Source: an uncultured Dehalococcoidaceae bacterium
GTDB lineage: Bacteria > Chloroflexota > Dehalococcoidia > Dehalococcoidales > RBG-16-60-22
Length of the DNA stretch: 64,000 nucleotides
Direction: 5' to 3'
Assembly: GCA_964503235.1 (NCBI GenBank)
Contig: CAZCZJ010000001.1
Span: 5,851-69,850, forward strand
The translations under genes were made by a program, and so were the position numbers. Position 1 is the first letter of the stretch, and every line of letters begins with the position of its first letter. Positions 43,477 through 54,194 of the stretch are shown here, piece after piece. Under the pieces are notes generated by a model that was not told the DNA's origin, did not search any database, and saw nothing but the letters and a program-made list of their open reading frames with translations.

Positions 43477-45594
43477 ATGAACACTTTTGTCTTAACCAAG
43501 CTTTATCAACTGGCACATCTGTATAACATACAGACAGCCTACTATGATGTGTCTCACCATAGGCGGCAAGCCTCTGTAGAGAGCCTGCTGGCCGTAATTA
43601 AAGCCCTGGGAGCACCGGTAGCCTCCCTGAATGATGTCGCCTCGGCTTTACGGAAAAGAAGGCAGGCACTCCAGCAACGGATTCTGGAACCGGTTACCGT
43701 AGTCTGGAATGGTAAACGCCCGATAATCAGGGTATGTGTACCGGGTAGTACTGCTGATGCTCCCTGGCGCGGTCAACTGGATATGGAGGATAACAGACGA
43801 AAGACCTGGCAATGGCCGGCTGCCGACCTGCCCGTCCTGGAGAAAACGGATATCGAGGGGACCAGCTACGTAGTAAAGCAGATTAATCTGCCGGAAAGCC
43901 TCCCGTGGGGCTATCATAGATTCTCGTTAGTAACAGAGGGGAGTCATGCCGAGACACTTATAATATCGGCACCCGATAAGGCATACCTGCCTCCCGGAGA
44001 ACCAAGGAACCATACTTGGGGCGTCTTCATACCACTGTACGCTTTGCACAACCGAAGCAGCTGGGCCAGCGGTGATTATGCAGCACTCGGGTCTCTGGCT
44101 GAATGGATATCGTCACTGGGTGGACAGACTATAGCCACACTTCCGCTACTGCCGACCTTTCTTGATGAACCCTTTGAACCCAGTCCCTACGCACCTGTAA
44201 GCCGATTACTCTGGAACGAATTTTATATCAATATAGAAAATGTGCCAGAGCTTTCTAAATCCTCGCAGGCAAAGGCGCTGCTGCAATCATCATCGTTTCT
44301 CTCCGAAATCGAGAAGCTGCGGGATTTGCCGCTGGTAGACTACCGCCGACAGATGGCGTTAAAGCGCCGCGTTCTGGAGGAATCCTGCATCTACCTGACT
44401 GCAGAGAAGTCAGACCGGTTCCAGGATTTCAGGGAATTCATTCAGGCTAATCCCATCATTGAGGACTACGCCCGTTTCCGGGCAACCATGGAAAAGCTAC
44501 GTTCTCCCTGGTCAAACTGGCCAAAACGGTTACGTGATGGCACCCTGAATGAAGGCGACTATGAAGAGAAAAACAAGCTTTACCATATGTATGCCCAGTG
44601 GCTAGCTCATGAGCAGGTTCAAGCTCTTTCTGAGAAATCCCGCGAAAAGGATGTGACATTATATTTTGACCTGCCTCTGGGAACCCACCCCGAAGGCTAT
44701 GACGTGTGGCGTGAGCGTGAAAACTTCGCTCTGGAGGCAACGGCCGGAGCACCGCCCGATTCCGTTTTCACCTGGGGACAGGACTGGCTGTTTCCACCAC
44801 TACATCCGGAAAGAATAAGGGACCAGCGATACTGCTACCTCAGGGACTACCTACGCCATCATCTCCAACATGCCGGTATGCTTCGCATCGACCATGTCAT
44901 GGGCTTGCACCGGCTCTTCTGGATTCCAAAAGGTCTTGACGCCAGCCATGGCGTTTACGTACGCTATCAAGCCGAGGAGCTTTACGCCATCCTGATGCTC
45001 GAGTCTCACCGTCATCGGAGCGTTATCGTAGGAGAAGATTTGGGTACGGTGCCGTCCTATGTCAGACCGACCATGTCGCGGCATGGCCTCCAGCGCATGT
45101 ATGTGTTACATTACGAACTTGCTGATTCAAATACGTTACATCGTCCACAGCGAAACACTGTTGCCAGCCTGAATACTCATGATATGCCCCCCTTCGCCTC
45201 TTTCTGGCAGGGACTTGATATTCCGGAAAGGCTGAATCTAGGGCTGCTGAATGATGAAAGCGCTCGGGCTGAGAAAAAAGAGCGTCAGAAAACCAGGCGT
45301 GCTCTGGCAACCTTTCTACACAATAAAGGCTGGCTGCCAGGCGATGATACCGATGTTCGTGCTGTTTTCAGGGCCTGTTTATCATTCCTGAGTGCCAGCC
45401 TGGCCAGTGTCGTTCTGGTAAATCTGGAAGACTTGTGGCAGGAAACCAAGTCCCAGAATGTACCCAGTACCGACGACAGAAATCCCAATTGGCGCCGAAA
45501 GACTCGCTACACACTTGAGGAGTTTTGCCAGTTGCCGGAGTTTCGTGATACTCTGAAGGAAATGGACAGGCTCAGGAAACAGGCGGAGAAATGA
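43477..45594 (+). CDS. malQ: 4-alpha-glucanotransferase (amylomaltase, GH77) with an N-terminal extension
   Basis: 705 aa. GH77-type segments are WGVFIPLYALH..., LRIDHVMGLHRLFWIP, VIVGEDLGTVP and ASLNTHDMPP. Confidence 0.85.
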   Translation: MNTFVLTKLYQLAHLYNIQTAYYDVSHHRRQASVESLLAVIKALGAPVASLNDVASALRKRRQALQQRILEPVTVVWNGKRPIIRVCVPGSTADAPWRGQLDMEDNRRKTWQWPAADLPVLEKTDIEGTSYVVKQINLPESLPWGYHRFSLVTEGSHAETLIISAPDKAYLPPGEPRNHTWGVFIPLYALHNRSSWASGDYAALGSLAEWISSLGGQTIATLPLLPTFLDEPFEPSPYAPVSRLLWNEFYINIENVPELSKSSQAKALLQSSSFLSEIEKLRDLPLVDYRRQMALKRRVLEESCIYLTAEKSDRFQDFREFIQANPIIEDYARFRATMEKLRSPWSNWPKRLRDGTLNEGDYEEKNKLYHMYAQWLAHEQVQALSEKSREKDVTLYFDLPLGTHPEGYDVWRERENFALEATAGAPPDSVFTWGQDWLFPPLHPERIRDQRYCYLRDYLRHHLQHAGMLRIDHVMGLHRLFWIPKGLDASHGVYVRYQAEELYAILMLESHRHRSVIVGEDLGTVPSYVRPTMSRHGLQRMYVLHYELADSNTLHRPQRNTVASLNTHDMPPFASFWQGLDIPERLNLGLLNDESARAEKKERQKTRRALATFLHNKGWLPGDDTDVRAVFRACLSFLSASLASVVLVNLEDLWQETKSQNVPSTDDRNPNWRRKTRYTLEEFCQLPEFRDTLKEMDRLRKQAEK

Positions 45595-47432
45595 GTACGG
45601 ATATTATCCTCGGTGCTACGTATCTAGGGAATGATAGAACCAGTTTCTCAGTATGGGCGCCATTCTCAGAGCAGGTGGAGGCACATATCATCGGGCCCGA
45701 GGAACGAATACTACCTTTGGATAAGAATAACCGGGGCTACTTCGAGACAATCGCCGAAGGCGTACTAGCAGGAAGCCTCTACTTTTATCGCCTGGACGGG
45801 CAAACAGAATTCCCGGACCCCGCTTCCCGTTTTCAGCCCCAGGGAGTTCACGGGCCTTCCCGGATAGTAGACCCGGATTTTCCCTGGGAAGACAACCAAT
45901 GGCCGGGACTACCACTTCAAGACTATATCATCTACGAGCTTCATGCCGGTACGTTCACGCCTGAAGGCACCTTTGATGCCATCACAGCTCATCTGGACGG
46001 GCTGAAAGAATTGGGCATAACCGCCATGGAGTTGATGCCGGTCGCCCAGTTCCCCGGGAGCCGAAACTGGGGCTATGACGGTGTTTATCCTTTCGCTGTT
46101 CAAGATTCCTACGGGGGTCCGGACGGTCTCAAACGGCTGGTGAATGCCTGCCACAGGGAAGGCCTGGCAGTTGTTCTGGACGTGGTCTACAACCACCTCG
46201 GCCCCGAGGGCAACCGTCTGGCAGAGTTCGGTCCGTATTTTACGGACAGGTACCATACGCCCTGGGGAGCCGCCCTCAACTTCGACGGGGCTTACAGCGA
46301 TGAGGTGCGTCGGTTTTTTATTGAGAACGCTCTATACTGGATAACCGAATTTCATATCGATGCCCTTCGCCTAGACGCACTTCATGCTATACTGGACATT
46401 TCGGCCTACACCTTTATTGAAGAGTTAGCTTCTTTAGTACACGAGCAGGCGAAAAAACTGAACCGCAGTATTTATCTTATCGGAGAAAGCACCGCTAACG
46501 ACGCCCGTCTCGTCCGACCTCAGGAATTTGGTGGCTACGGACTGGATGCACAGTGGAATGATGATTTCCACCATGCCCTGCGCGTGCTGCTTACGCATGA
46601 AAAGACCGGATACTATCAGGACTTCGGCACCATCCAGCAAATGGCTAAGGCATATCATGAAGGTTTTATCTACTCCGGAGAGTATTCTCTCTACCGTAAG
46701 CACCGGCACGGTACTTCCTCAAAAGATATTCCGGCACACCGTTTTGTGGTTTTCTCCCAGAACCACGACCAGGTGGGCAATCGGGCCCGCAGCGAGCGCC
46801 TGAGCCAGCTTGTCTCGTTTGATTCCCTGAAACTGGCAGCCGGTATCGTCATGCTATCTCCTTTCCTGCCCCTTGTATTTATGGGTGAGGAATACGGTGA
46901 AACGGCACCATTCCCATATTTTGTCAGCCATTCGGACCCTGCCCTTATAGAAGCGGTAAGAAAAGGACGCCAGGAAGAGTTCACCACCTTTGACTGGCAA
47001 AGTGAAATCCCCAACCCGCAGGACGAAGCCATTTTTTTGTCTGCCAAGCTCAATCACGAGCAATGCGGAAACGGACAACATAAGATACTCTATGAGTTTT
47101 ACCACGAGCTTATCCGCCTCCGCAGAGAAAATCCGGCACTTGCCTGCCCGAACAAGGACACTATGGAGGTTCTGGGGGATGAGAGCAATAAGACGCTTTA
47201 TGTCCACCGCTGGCTTAAAGATAGTAAAGTTGTTATAATATTTAGTTTTAGTGATAATAAGGTTGATGTACATCGGCCTATTCCTTCAGGACAATGGTAT
47301 AAAATCTTGGACTCAACCGAGGCACGATGGCTCGGGGATGGGAATACCATTCCTGGGAAAATCGACTCTAAAGGTGAAATCGACCTGACCCTGGAACCAA
47401 AATCATTTGTCCTTTTAGAGAAAGAGAGCTAA
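45591..47432 (+). CDS. treZ: Malto-oligosyltrehalose trehalohydrolase (GH13)
   Basis: 613 aa. FPDPASRFQPQGVHGPSRIVDP, GYDGVYPFAVQDSYGGPDGLKRLVNACH, DALRLDALH and SQNHDQVGNR. The start overlaps the malQ stop (ATGA). Confidence 0.9.
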   Translation: MSTDIILGATYLGNDRTSFSVWAPFSEQVEAHIIGPEERILPLDKNNRGYFETIAEGVLAGSLYFYRLDGQTEFPDPASRFQPQGVHGPSRIVDPDFPWEDNQWPGLPLQDYIIYELHAGTFTPEGTFDAITAHLDGLKELGITAMELMPVAQFPGSRNWGYDGVYPFAVQDSYGGPDGLKRLVNACHREGLAVVLDVVYNHLGPEGNRLAEFGPYFTDRYHTPWGAALNFDGAYSDEVRRFFIENALYWITEFHIDALRLDALHAILDISAYTFIEELASLVHEQAKKLNRSIYLIGESTANDARLVRPQEFGGYGLDAQWNDDFHHALRVLLTHEKTGYYQDFGTIQQMAKAYHEGFIYSGEYSLYRKHRHGTSSKDIPAHRFVVFSQNHDQVGNRARSERLSQLVSFDSLKLAAGIVMLSPFLPLVFMGEEYGETAPFPYFVSHSDPALIEAVRKGRQEEFTTFDWQSEIPNPQDEAIFLSAKLNHEQCGNGQHKILYEFYHELIRLRRENPALACPNKDTMEVLGDESNKTLYVHRWLKDSKVVIIFSFSDNKVDVHRPIPSGQWYKILDSTEARWLGDGNTIPGKIDSKGEIDLTLEPKSFVLLEKES

Positions 47433-47436
47433 CCGG

Positions 47437-49863
47437 ATGGAGCGTTATATCTGCATTCACGGGCATTTTTACCAGCCGCCCCGCGAAAACGCCTGGCTGG
47501 AATATATTGAGTTACAGGACTCGGCGTACCCCTACCACGACTGGAATGAGAGAATAACCGCCGAGTGTTATGAACCCAACAGCACCTCGCGTATACTGGA
47601 TAGCGATGACTTCATTAACCAGATAGTCAATAATTACACTCGGATGAGCTTTGACTTCGGTCCCACTCTACTTATGTGGCTGGAGAAGTATGAGCCCGGT
47701 GTCTATCAGGCAGTCATCGAGGCCGACCGGCAGAGCCGGGAGAATTTCTCCGGGCACGGCTCGGCCCTGGCACAGGCATATAACCATATGATAATGCCGC
47801 TGGCTAATCACCGGGACAGATACAGCCAGATCCTGTGGGGAATACGGGACTTTGAGCACAGCTTCGGGCGGCAGCCGGAAGGGTTGTGGCTCCCCGAAAC
47901 AGCGGTAGACCTGGAGACGCTGGAAATTATGGCGGAGATGGGAATAAAATTCACTATCCTGGCCCCGCACCAGGCGAAGCGTGTGCGCAAGCTGGACACG
48001 GAGAATTGGGATGATGTTAGCAAGGGTAATATTGAAACTACACGAGCCTATATGATTAATCTCCCCTCAGGCCGTCGGTTGAACCTGTTCTTCTATAACG
48101 GTCCCATATCCCGCGCTGTTGCCTTTGAAGATATGTTGAATAGCGGTGAAACCTTCGCTAATAAGTTGATTGATTCCTTTTCCGAAAAGCGAGACTGGCC
48201 TCAGCTCGTCCACATCGCTACCGACGGCGAGACCTACGGGCATCACCACCGCTTTGGGGACATGGCGCTGGCCTTTGCCCTGCATCATATCGAGACTAAT
48301 AATCTGGCGAAAATTACCAATTACGGCGAATATCTGGAGAAATACCCGCCCACCCACGAAGTAGAGATTATCGAAAAGACATCCTGGAGCTGTATGCACG
48401 GCGTTGACCGCTGGTGGAGCGACTGTGGTGATAACAGCGGGGCTCATCCCAAGTGGAACCAGGCCTGGAGGACACCGCTGCGGGACGCCCTGGACTGGCT
48501 GCGCGACAGCGTGGCCGGAAGGTACGAGGAAAAGGCCGGACAATACCTGAAAGACCCCTGGGCGGCTCGGGATGATTACATTAACGTTATCCTCAATCGC
48601 TCTCCGGATAACGTGGCGCGGTTTCTGAGCCAGCATGCTACCCGTGAATTAAGCGAGGAGGAGAGGATAGCAACGCTCAAACTCCTTGAGCTTCAGCGTC
48701 ACGCCATGCTAATGTATACCAGCTGCGGCTGGTTCTTTGATGACCTGGCCGGTATCGAGACGGTACAGGTCATCCAATATGCCGGACGGGTGGTGCAACT
48801 GGCGCAGGTGCTATTTGGTGATGACACGGAACAGCATTTCCTGGTACTCCTGGAGAAAGCGAAAAGCAATGTTCCGGAGCAGGGCGATGGCCGTCGCATA
48901 TATGAGAACTGCGTTAAGCCTGCCATGGTAGACCTGACCAGGGTCGTTGCTCACTACGCTATTAGCTCCCTTTTTGAGGAGTATAACGACGAGTCCAGGA
49001 TTAACTGCTATTTGATACACAACGAAGACTACCAGACGACGGTCTGTGGTAAGACGAGATTAGCCGTAGGCCGCTCTAAAGTAACCTCGGAGATAACTGG
49101 TGAGTCGGCAGTTTTCAGCTTCGGCGTTTTCCATTTCGGAGACCACGTTATCAATGCCGGTGTCCGGGATTACCAGGGAGAAGAACCATATCAGACGATG
49201 GTAGCGGAAACTACCCAGACCTGCGCCGCTGCCGACTTCACGGAGGTTATCCATTTACTGGACAAGCATTTCGTTAGTTCCTCTTACTCGTTAAAATCCC
49301 TTTTCCGTGACGAGCAGCGTAAGGTGCTTGGTTATATCCTTGAGTCTACTATGTCGGAGATTGAAGCAGCTTACCGGCAGCTCTATGAAACCCACTATCC
49401 GCCGATGCGCTTCCTGTCCGAACTGGGTGGCCCGGTGCCCAAGGCCTTCCATGCCGCCGCCGAGTTGATTCTGAATATCGACCTGCACCGTGCCGTCAGC
49501 AGCGATACCCTCGATATAGAAGGTATCAGAACCATCGTGTCTACCGCTAAGTCGTGGGAGGTTGACCTTGACGCCGACGGTATCAGCTATGACTTACAGG
49601 AAAACCTGGAAAGAATGATGACAACTCTGGTCGGCACCCCTGAGGATACTGGTGTTCTTAAAAACCTGATAGATAGCATCAAGCTGGTGCAAACCATGCC
49701 CTTTGATGTGGACCTGTGGAAGGTGCAGAACCTCTACTGGAGCATGTTGCAGACCAGCTACCCGGAGTTTAAACAAAAAGCCGAACAGAATGACCGGCAG
49801 GCAGTGAAATGGGTCAAAGACTTTAGCTCTCTGGGAAAGCTAATGAAAATAAAGGTCAGCTAG
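47437..49863 (+). CDS. GH57 family glycoside hydrolase with a DUF3536-like C-terminal region
   Basis: 808 aa. It has the N-terminal GH57 signature ICIHGHFYQPPRENAW and HIATDGETYGHH. Confidence 0.85.
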   Translation: MERYICIHGHFYQPPRENAWLEYIELQDSAYPYHDWNERITAECYEPNSTSRILDSDDFINQIVNNYTRMSFDFGPTLLMWLEKYEPGVYQAVIEADRQSRENFSGHGSALAQAYNHMIMPLANHRDRYSQILWGIRDFEHSFGRQPEGLWLPETAVDLETLEIMAEMGIKFTILAPHQAKRVRKLDTENWDDVSKGNIETTRAYMINLPSGRRLNLFFYNGPISRAVAFEDMLNSGETFANKLIDSFSEKRDWPQLVHIATDGETYGHHHRFGDMALAFALHHIETNNLAKITNYGEYLEKYPPTHEVEIIEKTSWSCMHGVDRWWSDCGDNSGAHPKWNQAWRTPLRDALDWLRDSVAGRYEEKAGQYLKDPWAARDDYINVILNRSPDNVARFLSQHATRELSEEERIATLKLLELQRHAMLMYTSCGWFFDDLAGIETVQVIQYAGRVVQLAQVLFGDDTEQHFLVLLEKAKSNVPEQGDGRRIYENCVKPAMVDLTRVVAHYAISSLFEEYNDESRINCYLIHNEDYQTTVCGKTRLAVGRSKVTSEITGESAVFSFGVFHFGDHVINAGVRDYQGEEPYQTMVAETTQTCAAADFTEVIHLLDKHFVSSSYSLKSLFRDEQRKVLGYILESTMSEIEAAYRQLYETHYPPMRFLSELGGPVPKAFHAAAELILNIDLHRAVSSDTLDIEGIRTIVSTAKSWEVDLDADGISYDLQENLERMMTTLVGTPEDTGVLKNLIDSIKLVQTMPFDVDLWKVQNLYWSMLQTSYPEFKQKAEQNDRQAVKWVKDFSSLGKLMKIKVS

Positions 49864-52206
49864 ATGTCCAGCCAGCTGCGTATACCCGTTGCTACCTACA
49901 GGTTTCAATTTAATAAGAACTTTCGCTTTATGGACGCCAGTATGCTGGTACCTTATCTCAACCGCCTGGGTATCTCGGATATCTATGCCTCCCCTGTACT
50001 AAAAGCGGGGAAGGGTAGTTCTCACGGCTACGATGTTACCGACCCGACTCACCTGAATCCCGAACTCGGCACAGGGCATGATTTCGATGCCCTAGTAGAA
50101 GAACTCCGGCAGCAACGTATGGGTCTGCTGCTGGATATCGTACCGAATCACATGGCGGCAAGCCTCGAAAATCCGTGGTGGCGGGATGTGACGGAGAAGG
50201 GGCAAGACTCGCCTTTTGCCGGTTTCTTTGACACCGACTGGCTGGACTTTAAAGGTCCAGGCGAATCAACAGGTCACCGGCGCTTTTTCGACATCGGCGA
50301 TTTAATTGGTATTCGTGTGGAAAACCCCGAGGTATTCGAGGCAGCCCACTCGCTTATTCTCCGCCTGGTTTCAGAAGGTAAAATCACCGGACTGCGCATC
50401 GACCATATCGACGGGCTTTACGACCCACTGGAATATCTGCAGCGGTTACAGCAGCGGATTTCGCCATCGACAAAGAGCCCCGGCTTTTATCTGGTGGTGG
50501 AGAAAATCCTCTCCGGTGATGAGACCCTTCCCGAAGCCTGGCCGGTCTTCGGCACCACCGGCTATGAGTTTACCAATAAATTAAATGTATTATTTGTGGA
50601 CAGCGACGGTATTAGAGTCATAAACGATATATATTCCCGAGTCACCCGTTCGGGGAAACCTTTTAACGACCTAGTCTATGAGAAAAAGAAACAGGTCATG
50701 AATGAGCTGTTCCCCGACGAAATAGAAGCCCTGGGACGCTACCTGGCTCATCTATCAGGACATCTTACCCCAGAAGAAACCAGCCGCGGGCTTATAGAAG
50801 CGACCGCCTGCCTGACCGTATATCGTACCTATATCCGGGCTTTTGGAATAGCGTCTCAAGACAGAATGTACCTGGAAAGTGCTTTCCAAAAAGCCAGACG
50901 GCATAGTACTGCATCAACACAGGCACTGGACTTCCTCAAGAAAGTGCTCCTGCTGGACTTTCCGGCGGACCTTAGCCCGGAAGAGAAGGCCGAGTGGATG
51001 AATTTCGTCAGGCGCTGGCAGCAGCTCACCGGGGCTGTCATGGCCAAGGGATTCGAGGATACGGCGCTTTATAGCTACCATCTCCTGACTTCTCTTAACG
51101 AAGTCGGCGGTAATCCTGATACTCCTGGACTATCTTTAGATGACTTCCATAAGTGGAACCTGAACCGGATGAAACACTGGCCATTTACCCTTAATACCAC
51201 CTCCACCCATGACACCAAGCGCAGCGAGGATGTCCGTGCCAGGATTAACGTCCTCTCCGAGATTCCCGATGAGTGGGAAGAACACCTGGTGCGGTGGAGG
51301 GGCTGGAACGGAGTACACAAACGCAAGCTCGACAGGCTGCCGGTCCCTGACCCGAATACGGAGATACTGCTTTACCAGACCTTAATCGGCGCCTGGCCTC
51401 TTTCAATAGAAGAAATACCCCTTTTTAAGGAACGCCTGAAAGCCTATATGATTAAGGCGGTCAGGGAGGCCAAGAACATTACCAGCTGGATAAAGATAAA
51501 TCAGGAATATGAAGACTGTATCCTCAGCTTTATAGACGCTATTTTGCAGGATTCGGCCGATAATGATTTTTTAACCGATTTCCTGAAGTTTCAGAAAAAG
51601 ATAGCCTACTACGGAGCATTAAACTCACTTTCGCAGGTACTTTTAAAAATAACTTCGCCCGGTGTACCCGATTTTTACCAGGGTACAGAACTGTGGGACT
51701 TCAGCCTGGTCGACCCGGATAATCGCCGGCCGGTGGATTTTAAAAAGCGACAAAGGCTTCTGGATATTATGATACAAAAAGAGGCGAACGGAAAACCCCC
51801 GCCCATCGGCGAGATGCTGACCTCATGGCAGGATGGACATATCAAGTTATATGTGACTTATAAAGCTCTGAATGCCCGCCGGACTAACCACGAGCTATTT
51901 CAAAAGGGTGAATATATTCCATCGAGAGTTGAGGGTAAAAGACAGGAGCTTGTCTGTGCCTTCCTCCGGCGCTATGAGGGAAAATGGGCTTTGACAGCTG
52001 TTCCCAGGTTCTTTACGAAATTAACCGGATTGAACGTACTGCCCATTGGGAAACGGGTGTGGAAAGATGACTGCATTCTCCTTCCTGAGGATGCCCCGCG
52101 GAACTGGCTCAATATCCTTACCGGCGAAACTGCTTCCTGTGGAAAAAGCATGGCTCTGGCTGAGTTATTTAAAAAATTTCCGGTAGCCATGCTGATAAGC
52201 GAGTGA
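49864..52206 (+). CDS. treY: Malto-oligosyltrehalose synthase
   Basis: 780 aa. ATYRFQFNKNFRF...LGISDIYASPVLKAGKGSSHGYDVTDP, GLRIDHIDGL and TTSTHDTKRSEDVRARI. Confidence 0.9.
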   Translation: MSSQLRIPVATYRFQFNKNFRFMDASMLVPYLNRLGISDIYASPVLKAGKGSSHGYDVTDPTHLNPELGTGHDFDALVEELRQQRMGLLLDIVPNHMAASLENPWWRDVTEKGQDSPFAGFFDTDWLDFKGPGESTGHRRFFDIGDLIGIRVENPEVFEAAHSLILRLVSEGKITGLRIDHIDGLYDPLEYLQRLQQRISPSTKSPGFYLVVEKILSGDETLPEAWPVFGTTGYEFTNKLNVLFVDSDGIRVINDIYSRVTRSGKPFNDLVYEKKKQVMNELFPDEIEALGRYLAHLSGHLTPEETSRGLIEATACLTVYRTYIRAFGIASQDRMYLESAFQKARRHSTASTQALDFLKKVLLLDFPADLSPEEKAEWMNFVRRWQQLTGAVMAKGFEDTALYSYHLLTSLNEVGGNPDTPGLSLDDFHKWNLNRMKHWPFTLNTTSTHDTKRSEDVRARINVLSEIPDEWEEHLVRWRGWNGVHKRKLDRLPVPDPNTEILLYQTLIGAWPLSIEEIPLFKERLKAYMIKAVREAKNITSWIKINQEYEDCILSFIDAILQDSADNDFLTDFLKFQKKIAYYGALNSLSQVLLKITSPGVPDFYQGTELWDFSLVDPDNRRPVDFKKRQRLLDIMIQKEANGKPPPIGEMLTSWQDGHIKLYVTYKALNARRTNHELFQKGEYIPSRVEGKRQELVCAFLRRYEGKWALTAVPRFFTKLTGLNVLPIGKRVWKDDCILLPEDAPRNWLNILTGETASCGKSMALAELFKKFPVAMLISE

Positions 52207-52216
52207 GCCCCTGCTT

Positions 52217-54184
52217 TCAAGCTTTGATCTTCAGAAATATTACTGCCAGCGGTGGCAGCGTAATCGTAAGGGAATAAGGACGCCCGTGCATGGGTTTTTT
52301 TAAAGCCCTCAGGGCACGCCGGTTGCCCTGGCCGCTGCCATAATATCCCTTGGCATCACTGTTCAACACTTCTCTCCAAAACCCCGGTTGGGGCACACCG
52401 ATTTTGTATTTAAACAGTGTCTCCGGAGTAAAGTTACAGACGACCACGATAAGGTCATCCGGTGAACGCCCCCTGCGGATAAGACTGACGATGCTGTGCT
52501 CGATATCGTTGCAGTCAATCCACTCAAAACCCGATCCCTCAAAGTCCAGTTGGTGTAGGGCTGGATGGCTCTGGTAGAATTTATTCAGGTCGGCTACCCA
52601 CTGCTGCAGACCGGAGTGAGGCGGATACTGAAGTAGATTCCATTCCAGGCTCTCCTCGTGTGCCCACTCCCGCCATTGCCCGAACTCGCCTCCCATGAAC
52701 AGCAACTTTTTACCAGATTGGGCGTACATATAGCCGAAAAGCAGACGCAAGTTGGCGAACTTCTGCCAGTCATCACCCGGCATCTTACCCAGCAGCGAAC
52801 CCTTTCCATAGACAACTTCATCATGCGACAGCGGTAGGATGAAGTTTTCGTAAAAGGCATATATCATACGGAAGGTCAGATTATTCTGGTGATACTTGCG
52901 GTGAACCGGGTCTTTGCACATGTATTCCAGGGTATCATGCATCCAGCCCATATCCCACTTCATGCCAAAGCCAAGCCCGCCGAGGTAGGTGGGACGGGAC
53001 ACCATCGGCCAGGCAGTCGACTCCTCGGCAATCATCTGTACGTCAGGATACTCCCGGTAGACAACTTCGTTAAGCTGCTTTAGAAAGGCAATAGCTTCCA
53101 GGTTTTCACGGCCCCCGTATTTATTGGGTATCCATTTGCCTTCCTTGCGCCCATAGTCCAGGTAAAGCATGGAGGCAACGGCATCTACCCTTAGCCCGTC
53201 GGCATGGTATTTGTCCAGCCAGAACAGGGCGCTGCTTGCCAGGAAACTTCTTACCTCACTGCGGTCATAGTTGAAAATGCAGCTGTTCCAGTCCGGGTGG
53301 ATACCCTGCCGGGGGTCTTTGTGCTCGTAGAGATGCGTGCCGTCGAAGAAATTCAGGGCGTGTTCGTCATTCGGGAAGTGGGAAGGCACCCAGTCCAGGA
53401 TAACGCCAATGTTATGCTGATGCAGATAGTCTATCAAGAACATCAAGTCCTGCGGCGTTCCGTAGCGGCTGGTGGGGGCAAAGTAGCCCGTCGTCTGGTA
53501 GCCCCAGGAACCATAGAAGGGGTGTTCCATTAACGGTAAAAATTCAACGTGGGTAAAGCCCATTTTCTGCAAGTATTCAACCAGCTGTGGCGCCATCTCA
53601 CGATAGGTCAGATAGCGGTTGCCCTCATCGGAAACACGCCGCCATGAGCCCGGGTGCATTTCGTAAATAGAGATGGGAGCATCGAGAGCATTACGTTCCC
53701 GGCGGTTTTTCATCCATGTCTCATCTCCCCACTTATAGTCTAAATCACAAACGATTGAAGCTGTCTTGGGTGGTGTCTCGTAAGAGGTAGCGAACGGGTC
53801 CGCCTTCTCAACACGATAGTTATGATAGCGTGACACGATATGGTATTTATATAACGCACCGACGTCCACACCGGGGAGGAACCCCTCCCAGATACCGGAT
53901 TTTCCGCTTAGATGGAACGGGTGACTGGATTTGTCCCACCCGTTGAAGTCGCCGATGACGAACACTTCTCGGGCATTTGGCGCCCATACCGCGAAGTACG
54001 TCCCGATAACCCCGTCTACCTGTCTGACATGTGCTCCGAGCTTCTCATACAACCTGTAATGAGAGCCTTGATTGAACAGGTAAAGGTCATCATCGGAGAG
54101 AAGAGTAATATCATGTCTTACTATAGCCAGTGGTTTTTTCCCCTTGGCAGGCTGTTTCGATTTCCTTTTCATATCAGAAGCCAT
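52217..54184 (-). CDS. glgB: 1,4-alpha-glucan branching enzyme
   Basis: 655 aa. YFAVWAPNA, IYEMHPGSW, GVILDWVPSHF, DGLRVDAV, IAEESTAWP and LPLSHDEVV motifs. Confidence 0.95.
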   Translation of the reverse strand: MASDMKRKSKQPAKGKKPLAIVRHDITLLSDDDLYLFNQGSHYRLYEKLGAHVRQVDGVIGTYFAVWAPNAREVFVIGDFNGWDKSSHPFHLSGKSGIWEGFLPGVDVGALYKYHIVSRYHNYRVEKADPFATSYETPPKTASIVCDLDYKWGDETWMKNRRERNALDAPISIYEMHPGSWRRVSDEGNRYLTYREMAPQLVEYLQKMGFTHVEFLPLMEHPFYGSWGYQTTGYFAPTSRYGTPQDLMFLIDYLHQHNIGVILDWVPSHFPNDEHALNFFDGTHLYEHKDPRQGIHPDWNSCIFNYDRSEVRSFLASSALFWLDKYHADGLRVDAVASMLYLDYGRKEGKWIPNKYGGRENLEAIAFLKQLNEVVYREYPDVQMIAEESTAWPMVSRPTYLGGLGFGMKWDMGWMHDTLEYMCKDPVHRKYHQNNLTFRMIYAFYENFILPLSHDEVVYGKGSLLGKMPGDDWQKFANLRLLFGYMYAQSGKKLLFMGGEFGQWREWAHEESLEWNLLQYPPHSGLQQWVADLNKFYQSHPALHQLDFEGSGFEWIDCNDIEHSIVSLIRRGRSPDDLIVVVCNFTPETLFKYKIGVPQPGFWREVLNSDAKGYYGSGQGNRRALRALKKPMHGRPYSLTITLPPLAVIFLKIKA

Positions 54185-54194
54185 TTTTACGTCT